Shown piece by piece: positions 46,349-57,150 of a stretch of 64,000 bases of DNA (the stretch's first letter is position 1; every line of letters begins with the position of its first letter). Location of the stretch: positions 1 to 64,000 of the IMG/VR virus record IMGVR_UViG_3300037346_000668; one strand, given 5' to 3'. Source of the stretch: a virus. The position numbers and the translations under genes were made by a program. The notes under the pieces were generated by a model. The model ran no database searches. It had not been told where the DNA came from and saw only the letters and a program-made list of their open reading frames with translations.

Positions 46349-47878
46349 TCAAACTACAAAAGATCCTCCAGATCCTCCCGCATTTGTATATGCCTTATAA
46401 TAAACTGTGGTGTTTCCACCAGTTACTCCTTTTGTTATGGTAAAATCAACAGCAACAGCGGGAGATGGGAGGGTTGCCTTCAGAGATACGCCTGAGGTTG
46501 TTCCTACCCCTATGTATTTAAAGAGACTTTTAGACTCTGTTGGTAGATCGGGGCTGCAATATACACTTATGTCTATGGATTGACCTGGCTCAATTGAACC
46601 TGGGCCCCACCAAGAATACAGGGGATCATCATAGAGGCCAATTCCTATAAAATTTCCAGGACCTGGCTCGATCGGTGTTACTATTACTGTATTACCATTC
46701 CTAATAACGGTAGATTGTATTGGTGCTCCGTTTCTTGATATAAAATACCAATTTCCAGACATTGCATTAACTAATGGTGACTGGTAACTCTGGTACGTTA
46801 CGCCAGATCTTGTTTTTTTGGTTCTTATCTTACCCTTTGTATTTATATAAAATTCTTTGCTACCTAATGTTTCTAGCGAAACGTTATAAACTGAATTTGA
46901 TAATGTATTAAATGTATCAGCGGTTCTTTCCGTTCTTAATCCAGCAGTTCCCCCTATTTTCAATGAGATCGACGGAACAGTTCCTGAAGGGCTACCGTTT
47001 AATCCGACATTACTCTTAAATGTTGCATGCCCACCAGTAATACTTAAATTATCACTAAGTATCGAAAAAGTTCCTGACGGTGAACTTGTAGCTATCTGTA
47101 TACCGCCGGTAGCTGATATTCCAGATCCTGCGGTTACACCATAATTTATATCAACAATATTACCACCTGATGCTTCAAAAGATTGTGAATTTGAATTAAA
47201 TCCACCAGATGCACCTATCAATAGTGATCCGTCGGGAATATCAAACTTCAAGGTATTATCAGTAGGCAGACTACTTGCCCATGTTATTATAGGATGTTTA
47301 GCATAATCAACGCCAATATTAAGATCACTCTTCATAAATTCCAATATCGGTGCCGGATTACCTGAGGTATCTGTTGAGATGAGGAATTTTGCTAATTTTT
47401 CATTTATTATCCCAGATTGTGGTGATTTGTCAGATATTATGAATGTATAATTTTCTGGTGAAATCTGATTAAATCTAACGGATACACCGGTCCCCCCATT
47501 TGTAAAATTTGATTCAATATCAGAAAAAAGACTCCCCGATGCAGATAGATTATATCCGGTGTCTGTCCACCCGGAAGGGCCAAATATATTTATTGTACCA
47601 TCATTGCTATCAACCCAATAATCACCATATATTACAGAATCACCAGATCCAGAAGGTAACACTGTCTGTATAAACCATCTGGTTCCTCTCTGACCCTGGT
47701 TACCAGTCGGACCTATTTGTCCATTAGCCCCTATCGGACCTCTATCACCGCTAGGACCAGTTTCACCTATCGATCCACCGTGATATTCAACAACCTCGTC
47801 AAAATTATGATTTAGCTTATCAATGGAAAGATCCTGACCATCGCTGTAATTTATAAATTCTATATTAGTTATTGGCAT
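46349..47878 (-). CDS. Tail fibre/baseplate-like protein with collagen segment
   Basis: KLNHNF + 10 GXY + GDYWVD; paralogue of both downstream genes. Confidence 0.65.
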   Translation of the reverse strand: MPITNIEFINYSDGQDLSIDKLNHNFDEVVEYHGGSIGETGPSGDRGPIGANGQIGPTGNQGQRGTRWFIQTVLPSGSGDSVIYGDYWVDSNDGTINIFGPSGWTDTGYNLSASGSLFSDIESNFTNGGTGVSVRFNQISPENYTFIISDKSPQSGIINEKLAKFLISTDTSGNPAPILEFMKSDLNIGVDYAKHPIITWASSLPTDNTLKFDIPDGSLLIGASGGFNSNSQSFEASGGNIVDINYGVTAGSGISATGGIQIATSSPSGTFSILSDNLSITGGHATFKSNVGLNGSPSGTVPSISLKIGGTAGLRTERTADTFNTLSNSVYNVSLETLGSKEFYINTKGKIRTKKTRSGVTYQSYQSPLVNAMSGNWYFISRNGAPIQSTVIRNGNTVIVTPIEPGPGNFIGIGLYDDPLYSWWGPGSIEPGQSIDISVYCSPDLPTESKSLFKYIGVGTTSGVSLKATLPSPAVAVDFTITKGVTGGNTTVYYKAYTNAGGSGGSFVV

Positions 47879-47880
47879 AA

Positions 47881-50800
47881 TTATATTTTAGTTATTCCTA
47901 AATTGAACAATAATGAATACTCGTAATTATTATCGAGATTATATTCAAATGTATATATTAGATTAGTTACTTTTGTTAATTTAAAGTCGGATTCATTATA
48001 ATAACCAAGCTGATATTTATCGGAAGTAACTAAGTCACCTCTAACAAGTATATAGTTATTACTAGAATTTAGATTCGGTACAGCAGTTTTTTTGACATAT
48101 AAATCAGTAATATCACCCATATAAAGGGGTGCTACGTTATTTTTAACATATTCGGAAACATCATCCTCTATAGAATCTGGGTTACCAACGCCAAATTCAG
48201 TTATTATATTATCAATAAAAACCTGTTTTATACCATCATTAAGGAGATATCTACTAAGCATTCTATCAAGTCTTATTATACCTCTAACCTTATTCACATC
48301 GGAAAAATATTGCCATACTAATTCAAGATTAGGAAATAGGCCAAGATCCAATTTATCATAATCAACCCCCGAATTATATGGTTCAGATCTTCCTATTCCT
48401 GTACCAGAATTTGCGGTATCTATATTCTGTATAGGTTTAACGAATGAATTTATCTGTGAATTTATAACAGAAACATCTGATGTTCCATAAGTGGTATTAC
48501 CCCTGATTACCTGCATAGTTATATAATTATCAAATTCAAGAGGATCCGGGGTTTTCATAATTTTAGAACCTAGAAATCCCCTGTATTCTTTCATAGATCT
48601 GGTTCCTGCAACCTTATCATAGACAAGGGGACCAGTGAATCTATAATAATAACCAGGATCCCAAGAGGAGGAAAATACATTAAAGTCCTTTCTCCATATG
48701 GGTGACTGTCCAACGAGAGGATAAACAGGACCCTCTGGTAAATCATGACTTAATGAAAGTATATTTTTATCCGGTGAAACCTTAGTGAATGATAAATTCC
48801 TTGATATTCCAAAATATCTTTTATCCGGTGAAAAGTTACAATTTCTAAACGATAAATCAAATAAAGGGTATTGAGATATGGAATCATTTTTATCCCTATC
48901 GAAATGTAATATTTTTCTAAATATCGGTTCATATCCTCCCGAATATCTAAGAAGTGTGGAAGGTAGATTCAAATCACTATCTATAGTATAAGCAGTAGGT
49001 ACCGATTCACCCAAAGTTTGTGGACCTCCATAATACTTATCAGATTTAGATCCTCTAGATTTTACTATTCTGGAAGGTCTATCCATATGTAGTTCAAAAT
49101 CATTAACAATCACATCAGAATCCTTATACGTTTCATATATAATATACTTTGAACCAACATTAACTCTATCAGAAATACCGGATAGAGATATTCTCTGTAA
49201 AATTGAGCTATAATAACTAAATCCTCCGGATTTTTGGAAAACTGGTTTATTTCTATAAACTGATTGAGGCCCAGCAGGTACAACGACAGGATTAGCTGTA
49301 GAAAAGGGTATAGAGAAACTATATTCAGGTCTAGGTGAAAGATCGACTATCGTTCCAGATGGAACTATTTTAGCAAAATCTAAATAGTCGGGACCAACCC
49401 CTATAGGCCAAGGATATGTTACCAACGAAGAAAACTGGTTAATATAAAAACTTCCCGGACCTGTTGCAGAAGGTCCAGATGTTGCACCGCTTGAATTCTG
49501 ACTAAAAAACGTATGTACTTCCTCTCTAAGATCGGTGTCGTATAATGAGCTAGATATTATTCCGATTTTTCCTCCCGTATTTGTATTAACAACAGACCCA
49601 GATCCAACAGAAATATCTAATGCTGCACTTAATTTAATATCAGATATCTCATAAAGAAATGATTCGTCTACTAAAGGATATCTTAATTTCTCCTTGCTAT
49701 TAACTGAATATAATAGTGTATAATCCAATATAGGATCTCCGCCGGTTCCTCCTGTATATCCAACACCCAATGATTTATAATCTCTCATCACGACATCACA
49801 AACAAATAATATGAATCTTTGATTCTGATTTTCTATTATTCTATATTTAACTGGCTCCTGTATATAGGAATCGTCCTCCGCAACAGGTCTTAATATTGCA
49901 GCAAATTTATAATCCTCATAATTTCTATATTTAGGTATATACTTATCTAGTGAATTTTCGACACTATTTGAGAGATTTGATCTTTTTTTAAGTACAACCT
50001 TAGCACCTCTAAAAAGAGTCTCGTAGAAGCCACTAGATTTGTTATACGTAAAAGTAGTAAACAATTCTTTAGTATATGCACTATCATCCCTAAATTCAGG
50101 ACTATAATCAGATGGTTCGACAGTAAAATATGATGCAAGGTAATTCCCACTCGTATCTATAGCAGAAGATAAATTTATTTTCCCAGAGAGGTAACTATTT
50201 TGATCCTTCATCGAGTCAATAGGGAAATCCCTAGGTGGTTGTTCCAGAAGAAACCATTCATGGGTAAGATATCTTGAATCCGAGCTATTTTTATCAAAGC
50301 TAGGAGAAAAATTAGTTGGTGTGAATGCAGGACTTGAATTTAATCTATATTGATTTCCTCTTGCATCGGTACCGTCAGTGTATCCCCATTTATTTATAAA
50401 TGGTACAATTCTAGAAACATTTGCAACATCAGCATTATAATTCTCATTTAGGTATTCATATTCAGTTGACAGCTTGCCTCTATTAAATATTTCTATTTTG
50501 GATGCATTAGCGGAAACTGGATTAGGAGATAAATCCTGGATCCCTATAAATCCATTAAATGTATCCAAATCGTTATTATATCCTATCTGAAATTGGGAGG
50601 GACCTGTAGTTCCACCGTATATAACATTAGGAAGCATACTATAATAAATATCAGAATATTCAGCAGGCATAACTACAAGCTCCTTAAAAAGATCCGGGCT
50701 TGCGTTTTTTATAGATGTTGATCCGCTAACGCCATAAAAAAGATTTGATGTTATTGCAATAGATGCTGAGACCTGTGGATATACAACGCCGTTATATTCA

Positions 50801-53439
50801 GCCTGTCCCTGCTTAACTATATATGGCACATTCTCATGTATCACCCCAGTTACATCGGTTGGTATCTGAAAATATTTATATGTTTCTGGTGTCGGTGTAT
50901 ATGCATAATCGGAGCTCCAAAAATCAAAATCAAATTCTTTAACATCAAAGAAACTAAAAACCCCAATTGACATTTTCGCTGACTTATATACATTAAACGA
51001 TCTATCATATCCTAAATCAATAACTATATTATCGTCTATATTTAGAACCGCACTATATGTAAAATTTTCAAATCCTGTAATTTTTGAACTTATTGGATCT
51101 ATCTGTGGACTGTCCACATATTTTGTTAATGAATTTATCTTAGTATACCCAGACTTAGTATTTATAAAATCACCAGGCTTTATAAAATCAAGATATTCTA
51201 CAGGAAAAATTAATCTACTATCAGCTTTTTTTGTACCGCCTATAAATTTGGCAGGTCCATCAAGAGATGATGCATCAGTACCATTAATTTTCAGATATCC
51301 ATCATTAACAAATGTAGCATATATCACCCAATTTGTAGATGATGTAGCATCATTGGGTGGATAATATGAAGGGGAAGACGTATTAATAGCAGAATAATAT
51401 ATTCCCATATACATAACGACATCGGAAGTATTATATGTCTTGCTATTTGACCATTCGCCTCTAAATTTAGATACAAAGTATTCATAGTCATCAAATACAC
51501 CAATCGAATATACATTATTTCCATATTCGCCATAATTCCTAAGTCTTATTATAGTAGAATTCAGATTTACACCAGCATCCCATGTTACCGTATCAACTTC
51601 ACCAAGTACACCAGAAAAAGCTGTAGCAATGTCACTATTCTGCCCAGCAGCAGCATTAAAATAAAAGGAAGACCCAGTTGAATAATACGAACCGTTAATC
51701 CAAACTAGCACAGCAGAGAGATCAGCAGAAGATATTATATCATATTTCTTTGTCCCCTCACTATTATTACCATTTGGCCAGTAAAGTTTAAATACTAGCG
51801 GTTTAGGTTTATCGTAATTTTTAAGAAACTCTATCTCAACATATGCTCTACCAGGAGTAGTTGCACGGGTTGCAGGAACTGTTGATATCTTTTCAGTTAT
51901 ACCTGTAAAATTAAGAAGATCAACTTTTGTATCATGAAGTACAAGACTACCCTTAGCCGATACGAAATTGGATCCAGTTGTTCCAAACGCTCCTGATGTT
52001 TCATCGTATGGCCCATATGTATATTTTGGCGAGTTACCGCCAAATTCAGTGTATCCTTCATCTCTTTTAAGACTATAGAAATTGTCATTCTTGTCAGTTA
52101 TATAATAAAGCTTTTCCGAATCTAATATATTGACATTATCAGATCCCGGTAACAATCCAGGGCTAGCTCCATCTGCAATATTCTTCTCATAAAATAATCT
52201 AACACCAGAATCAGCTGTTATACCATAGCTATCATTACTATAATAATATCCAACTGAATCTCTAGTAGGTTTAGGCAGATTTTCATTTCCATCAAGATCC
52301 CTAAATTTATAATAAAATTCACCATTAGATCTAAATTCGTTTATATCATTTCTGGAAACATACATACCGAAATATCTGTTTATTGAATACATTTCAGCAT
52401 CCTCATCATCAAAAAGAAATTCAAGATTCAATATATTAGGAGGAATTATACCATTTCTTGAGAATCCACCAGTCATATAGGATTCGAAGTCCAACATTCT
52501 ATCAGATGCATCACTAGAAAAATAGCCTGAAAGTATTTCCCCCTTTTTGGTGTATATTCCTTCAGCTACAGAAACCCCGTTATAATATGTGTATGAATCC
52601 GGACCCCAATTTACATCAACCGGTGAATTTGTAAAGTTTTTATCAGCTACTATATTTCTTATGTATTTACCAATTTTAGATTTCTCAGTAAGGTTAAAGG
52701 TTTTTACTACTGAGCAATTAGGTAATATTTTATTTTTGAATGTTGTCGAAACGTCATCAACTAAATCTATGTTATATAGCTCATCAAATACGCAAACTAT
52801 ACCAGATCCACTAATAATATCATATGATGAATATTCACTGCTTCCAATAAATACAGATCCGGAATTTATAAATATAGGCTCGCCAGATCCGGTTTTTCCG
52901 TAGGATATTATAAAATCGGAATCGCTATCATAATACTTAACAATCTTATAGTTTACACCAGGGTTTATAATTGTTTCGTTTTTTGAATATACATAACTAA
53001 GAGGTCCGGGAACTCTGAATATAACAAAATAGTCAGGTATCTCATTTTTTATCCATAGCGGTGCAAAATAACTGAAAGATTCGCTATAATTTTTATCAAC
53101 CAAAGCCGATGCTCCGCTTCCATAGAAAAAATCATACTGATCGGAAAATATTCTGGATACTTCCCTATCACCTCTAGTAAATCTTACAGTATCAAATATT
53201 ATATTACTTGCTAATTTACCCTTATCGAAAAAATTAAATACGTCAAGTGCAAATGAATTCTCACCAGTTATATTAAAATTTTTAAATCTGTCGTTACTAA
53301 GAGTTTGATTAGCATCCATAGAATTAAAAGAAACCTTACTTTCCGAATCCACGGTTATCCTCAGATTTCCAGTTATTTTAGGATTTGTTCTTATAACAGA
53401 AAAGGAAGAATTATAATCAAAAAGTTTTGATTGAGACAT
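47881..53439 (-). CDS. Large putative baseplate/tail structural protein
   Basis: 1852 aa; short CBM5/12-like motif (WSNSKTYNTSDVVMYMGIYY); structural cluster. Confidence 0.6.
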   Translation of the reverse strand: MSQSKLFDYNSSFSVIRTNPKITGNLRITVDSESKVSFNSMDANQTLSNDRFKNFNITGENSFALDVFNFFDKGKLASNIIFDTVRFTRGDREVSRIFSDQYDFFYGSGASALVDKNYSESFSYFAPLWIKNEIPDYFVIFRVPGPLSYVYSKNETIINPGVNYKIVKYYDSDSDFIISYGKTGSGEPIFINSGSVFIGSSEYSSYDIISGSGIVCVFDELYNIDLVDDVSTTFKNKILPNCSVVKTFNLTEKSKIGKYIRNIVADKNFTNSPVDVNWGPDSYTYYNGVSVAEGIYTKKGEILSGYFSSDASDRMLDFESYMTGGFSRNGIIPPNILNLEFLFDDEDAEMYSINRYFGMYVSRNDINEFRSNGEFYYKFRDLDGNENLPKPTRDSVGYYYSNDSYGITADSGVRLFYEKNIADGASPGLLPGSDNVNILDSEKLYYITDKNDNFYSLKRDEGYTEFGGNSPKYTYGPYDETSGAFGTTGSNFVSAKGSLVLHDTKVDLLNFTGITEKISTVPATRATTPGRAYVEIEFLKNYDKPKPLVFKLYWPNGNNSEGTKKYDIISSADLSAVLVWINGSYYSTGSSFYFNAAAGQNSDIATAFSGVLGEVDTVTWDAGVNLNSTIIRLRNYGEYGNNVYSIGVFDDYEYFVSKFRGEWSNSKTYNTSDVVMYMGIYYSAINTSSPSYYPPNDATSSTNWVIYATFVNDGYLKINGTDASSLDGPAKFIGGTKKADSRLIFPVEYLDFIKPGDFINTKSGYTKINSLTKYVDSPQIDPISSKITGFENFTYSAVLNIDDNIVIDLGYDRSFNVYKSAKMSIGVFSFFDVKEFDFDFWSSDYAYTPTPETYKYFQIPTDVTGVIHENVPYIVKQGQAEYNGVVYPQVSASIAITSNLFYGVSGSTSIKNASPDLFKELVVMPAEYSDIYYSMLPNVIYGGTTGPSQFQIGYNNDLDTFNGFIGIQDLSPNPVSANASKIEIFNRGKLSTEYEYLNENYNADVANVSRIVPFINKWGYTDGTDARGNQYRLNSSPAFTPTNFSPSFDKNSSDSRYLTHEWFLLEQPPRDFPIDSMKDQNSYLSGKINLSSAIDTSGNYLASYFTVEPSDYSPEFRDDSAYTKELFTTFTYNKSSGFYETLFRGAKVVLKKRSNLSNSVENSLDKYIPKYRNYEDYKFAAILRPVAEDDSYIQEPVKYRIIENQNQRFILFVCDVVMRDYKSLGVGYTGGTGGDPILDYTLLYSVNSKEKLRYPLVDESFLYEISDIKLSAALDISVGSGSVVNTNTGGKIGIISSSLYDTDLREEVHTFFSQNSSGATSGPSATGPGSFYINQFSSLVTYPWPIGVGPDYLDFAKIVPSGTIVDLSPRPEYSFSIPFSTANPVVVPAGPQSVYRNKPVFQKSGGFSYYSSILQRISLSGISDRVNVGSKYIIYETYKDSDVIVNDFELHMDRPSRIVKSRGSKSDKYYGGPQTLGESVPTAYTIDSDLNLPSTLLRYSGGYEPIFRKILHFDRDKNDSISQYPLFDLSFRNCNFSPDKRYFGISRNLSFTKVSPDKNILSLSHDLPEGPVYPLVGQSPIWRKDFNVFSSSWDPGYYYRFTGPLVYDKVAGTRSMKEYRGFLGSKIMKTPDPLEFDNYITMQVIRGNTTYGTSDVSVINSQINSFVKPIQNIDTANSGTGIGRSEPYNSGVDYDKLDLGLFPNLELVWQYFSDVNKVRGIIRLDRMLSRYLLNDGIKQVFIDNIITEFGVGNPDSIEDDVSEYVKNNVAPLYMGDITDLYVKKTAVPNLNSSNNYILVRGDLVTSDKYQLGYYNESDFKLTKVTNLIYTFEYNLDNNYEYSLLFNLGITKI

Positions 53440-53459
53440 ATGCCATTTATTATTTATTA

Positions 53460-56400
53460 TTAATTGGTACTAAGACCGCTATCGAAATTAGGAGCTACTA
53501 GAGTGTCATTTTTATAAGATCCTGTAACCTGTATATCAAATGAGAATGTATCCTCATTTTGTACCTGTATATCAACACCGATTTTTTTAGTGTATGTTAT
53601 ATTTGATAAATTTCCGGATTTTCTCCACCCCCCAATATATCCAAGTTTATCTACTGCTCTAAATTGAAATATTATAGGAACATTTATAGCGTTAGTTTCT
53701 CCAGTTCCCAGTGATAATGTTGATAGTGCTGTTGATCCCGATACTTGTAGGGATGAGGCTGATTGTGGTGCAAGATATAAATATGCTCCACATGAATACT
53801 TGCCTATAAGAAATTGATCATTAACGGTAAATCCTAATTTATCAGAATACATCATATCAGTTCTAGCGTCGGTTGAGGTCTGAGCAAAATTAACAGGTTC
53901 CCTATATGATTGTTGAACCCAATAATAATTCAGTGTTGTATCTCCCCAGAAAGTTTGGGTGTGTCTGAATGGAGGATAAACCTTACCGCCAGAAACGAAA
54001 GGTTTAACCATTTTAGAATAGCCAATATAACCGAAAGTATTACCGATATTAATCAGATATGGATGGTCTTTATGTATACAGAATTCAGTTATATACCCAC
54101 CACCATTAGGTGCTCCTCCAGTACCAGATGAATATGTCCCGTCCCAGATTGCACTATTTACCGGTCCAGATTCTGGAGGTGGTTGATTAGAGGTTGGGTC
54201 ATACGGTATCATACAAGATCCACTCTGTGGATAAGTTGCTGCCGGTGTACTTTTAGTAACACCAAAATTTGTTGCAGAAACACCGCTGTATGAATCGTTC
54301 TGTCCTGGATTTGAAAATAATGTTGCTATATTAGGATCACTCTGATATAGCGGCTGGTCGTAACCAACTGTTTTATATCTAGGATATACATACTGGGAAA
54401 ATGCATTGGCGGAAGCAAATGGAGGAGCTTGTCTGAAAGATTTGTTGTTTACTATTGAAGGATCCGCTAATGTTAATGCAGTTATTGAGATTGGACAATC
54501 ACCATATTTAAGATTATCGTTATATCCAACAGGATAAGCTGCGCTTGTAGTTGAAGGAGCTCTCTGTGCTAGTCCACCAGGTATAATTGAAGCAAGTTCA
54601 ACGCTGGATGCCTGTTGATTAAAAAGCTGCAAATTATAGGTGAATGAAGCAGTTTTACCTGCATCAAACCCAAGCGAATCTGAAAATATATCGGCATAGA
54701 ATCCAGCAGTTATTTTAACAGTTGATCCCTTAGAAACTTTAATTTTATTATTATTGGAATCAAGTATATAAACCTCCAAAACCCCCTTGGCTTTAGATAT
54801 CTGAGATGTTAGAAGTGTTATTTGATTCTGTAGATCTGTTATCTTATCAAATAGACTTATTACCGTACCTGCACTAGTAAAAAACCCACTGGCTATACCA
54901 GTAGTATCATGATAATATGTGTTATCTCCAGCAGTAAACTGCTGCGAAAGATGCGAAGGTAAACCTTGTGAATCAAGACTTCTTTGCATTTTAACTACTG
55001 CAGCGTCCTGTGTATTTGCATTAAGTGTAGCTGCAACGCCAGTAACGCTTAGACTATCTGGGAATTGTATGATAACGGACTCCGAATAATCAGAGACAAG
55101 TGGATTTTCTGGCCAACCAGCCTCGGATATGGATGATATTTGAATTTCAACCCTTTCACCCTTTGTTATTGCTATGTCTAACTGATTGACGTTCTGAATA
55201 TTAGCATCCGATGTTACTTCAGCAGACCAAACGTATATTCCTCTTGTTTCATCATATACTTTTTTTCTAATGTCAGTTTTAAACTCAGTCCAGTTTGAGA
55301 ATGCAGCATTCTTTTTTGCACCGTCATTATCAACAAATTCTATCTGTTCAGCTGGCTGAGATGCTCCGCCATTACTAAGATATCTATATTTAATATTGAA
55401 TTGTATAACCTCCTGTGGTCCCGTTGTTTGATCTACCTTAGGAGCAGGGAATGGCCAAAAACCTCTAACCCTATATTTTGGTGCTTCTATTATCTGCGGA
55501 ACGTCCTTTACAAGGACATTAACCTCATCAACGAGAGAAGCATACAATTGTGATTTTTTTGTTCTTTCGTCAATTAGACTGTTTAGATTAGCTTTTATGG
55601 AAGAAACATCAACGCCAGGTGGTGTTGTTATATTGCTATTATTTATAATATAATCAAAATTTCTATTAGGTACATTTATACCATTATCCGACGAATTACC
55701 ATAATCACTGGAAGATTCTAATCTAGGTCTTTTTCTGTTACCGGTAACACGTCTGGATAGACCAGCATTAAGTTCAAGTCTAGTTTCTGCTATGGCCTGA
55801 TCTAATGCATCAATTTCGCTTTTTAGAGTGGTTTTAAGGTTCAATTTATCCTCAACCACTTTAACCGATGTTGAATCAGTAACCTGTTTGTTTATCTGAA
55901 CGACCTTGAAGCTATTAGCAGTAACAAGCGGAGCATCCGGACTGAGTCCTTGTATTGCTGGTATTTTATTTTCCTTAGCAGTACCAAGAAAAACCTTACC
56001 TAGATCAGAAACTTCGTTTAAATAATAGGTTTCAAGAGTTACTAATTCACCATTTGAATTTTTAGTTTTTAGCTCATTACTCCAGAATACAATTCCAGTT
56101 GACCAATCAGCGCTAACTATATTAAAATTATCGTCTATAGTTTTGAAAAATATACCTTGTCTCTCATTATAACCAACATTAACCTGAACATATCTAGGAC
56201 CAAAATCAGTAGATGATATCGATATACTATTTGCTCCAATCTGTATTGGCTGATAACCAGAAACTCTTTTAGCCTGTATAGAAGCCTGATCTTTATTAAC
56301 AGAGGTTATCTGATATAAACTACCATCTTGTGTTGCTATCTTATCATTAAGATCTAATGTTCTACCATTCTTAATATTGGTTAATGTGTCTGTATATGCT

Positions 56401-57137
56401 AACTTATCAAGTTTATAATTTCTTCTAGTCTCCTGGAAAGAGTTACCGTTTTGATCGGTCGTTGTAACAGAATCATCATAATAGCTTATAACACCAAAAT
56501 TACCAATATATCTTATACTTCTCAGAGGCAGTTGAACTATATCCTCATCAACAAAATATCCTATACCATTATCGCCTAATATTTTTAAATATTGGTTATA
56601 TGTTAGGTCATTTCTTCCCTTTATATTTGCGTCGAAATATGCTTTCTGATCATCAGTCTGAGTATTTGCTATTACTCTTTTAACTACAATTCTATCAGCA
56701 GAATCAGATATTTGGCCAGTTACATTTATGTTTATATAAAGCAGTGGACTTAGAAAACTTTCAAAGAACCAATTATCCTTAACTGAAAACGTGCTAGGTA
56801 TTGCAAGATTAGACAAGCTAGGTGGATTTTTCAAGGTCTCAACTTTAAAAACCTGAGAATAAGTACCATCTGGATTTCTGACCGTCGATGATGAATCACC
56901 TATACCTGCAAGTGATTTTATATTGGTGTCAAGTCTATCTATTTCGCCTCTAAGAAACCCATATGATGGTATATTTGCGATTTTTGGTAATCCCTGCTCG
57001 TCAAGTACTTCTATTGATACAGTATTATTTGTAGATACAGCAACCTGATTTAAGCCATTGATGATCTCGAGTGAATTCTTTTGGAGTCTTAAAAACTGAG
57101 CTACTAAAGAACTTATTGTATTTTGTGTTCCTGCCAT
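53460..57137 (-). CDS. Large putative structural protein with coiled coils
   Basis: 1225 aa; heptad segments; structural cluster. Confidence 0.6.
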   Translation of the reverse strand: MAGTQNTISSLVAQFLRLQKNSLEIINGLNQVAVSTNNTVSIEVLDEQGLPKIANIPSYGFLRGEIDRLDTNIKSLAGIGDSSSTVRNPDGTYSQVFKVETLKNPPSLSNLAIPSTFSVKDNWFFESFLSPLLYININVTGQISDSADRIVVKRVIANTQTDDQKAYFDANIKGRNDLTYNQYLKILGDNGIGYFVDEDIVQLPLRSIRYIGNFGVISYYDDSVTTTDQNGNSFQETRRNYKLDKLAYTDTLTNIKNGRTLDLNDKIATQDGSLYQITSVNKDQASIQAKRVSGYQPIQIGANSISISSTDFGPRYVQVNVGYNERQGIFFKTIDDNFNIVSADWSTGIVFWSNELKTKNSNGELVTLETYYLNEVSDLGKVFLGTAKENKIPAIQGLSPDAPLVTANSFKVVQINKQVTDSTSVKVVEDKLNLKTTLKSEIDALDQAIAETRLELNAGLSRRVTGNRKRPRLESSSDYGNSSDNGINVPNRNFDYIINNSNITTPPGVDVSSIKANLNSLIDERTKKSQLYASLVDEVNVLVKDVPQIIEAPKYRVRGFWPFPAPKVDQTTGPQEVIQFNIKYRYLSNGGASQPAEQIEFVDNDGAKKNAAFSNWTEFKTDIRKKVYDETRGIYVWSAEVTSDANIQNVNQLDIAITKGERVEIQISSISEAGWPENPLVSDYSESVIIQFPDSLSVTGVAATLNANTQDAAVVKMQRSLDSQGLPSHLSQQFTAGDNTYYHDTTGIASGFFTSAGTVISLFDKITDLQNQITLLTSQISKAKGVLEVYILDSNNNKIKVSKGSTVKITAGFYADIFSDSLGFDAGKTASFTYNLQLFNQQASSVELASIIPGGLAQRAPSTTSAAYPVGYNDNLKYGDCPISITALTLADPSIVNNKSFRQAPPFASANAFSQYVYPRYKTVGYDQPLYQSDPNIATLFSNPGQNDSYSGVSATNFGVTKSTPAATYPQSGSCMIPYDPTSNQPPPESGPVNSAIWDGTYSSGTGGAPNGGGYITEFCIHKDHPYLINIGNTFGYIGYSKMVKPFVSGGKVYPPFRHTQTFWGDTTLNYYWVQQSYREPVNFAQTSTDARTDMMYSDKLGFTVNDQFLIGKYSCGAYLYLAPQSASSLQVSGSTALSTLSLGTGETNAINVPIIFQFRAVDKLGYIGGWRKSGNLSNITYTKKIGVDIQVQNEDTFSFDIQVTGSYKNDTLVAPNFDSGLSTN

Positions 57138-57150
57138 TTTTGGTTATTTT

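Noticed and set aside
55715-55760. NLS-like RKRPR stretch in the 1225 aa protein
   Set aside because: Short basic patch in a low-complexity insertion; likely chance in a phage protein
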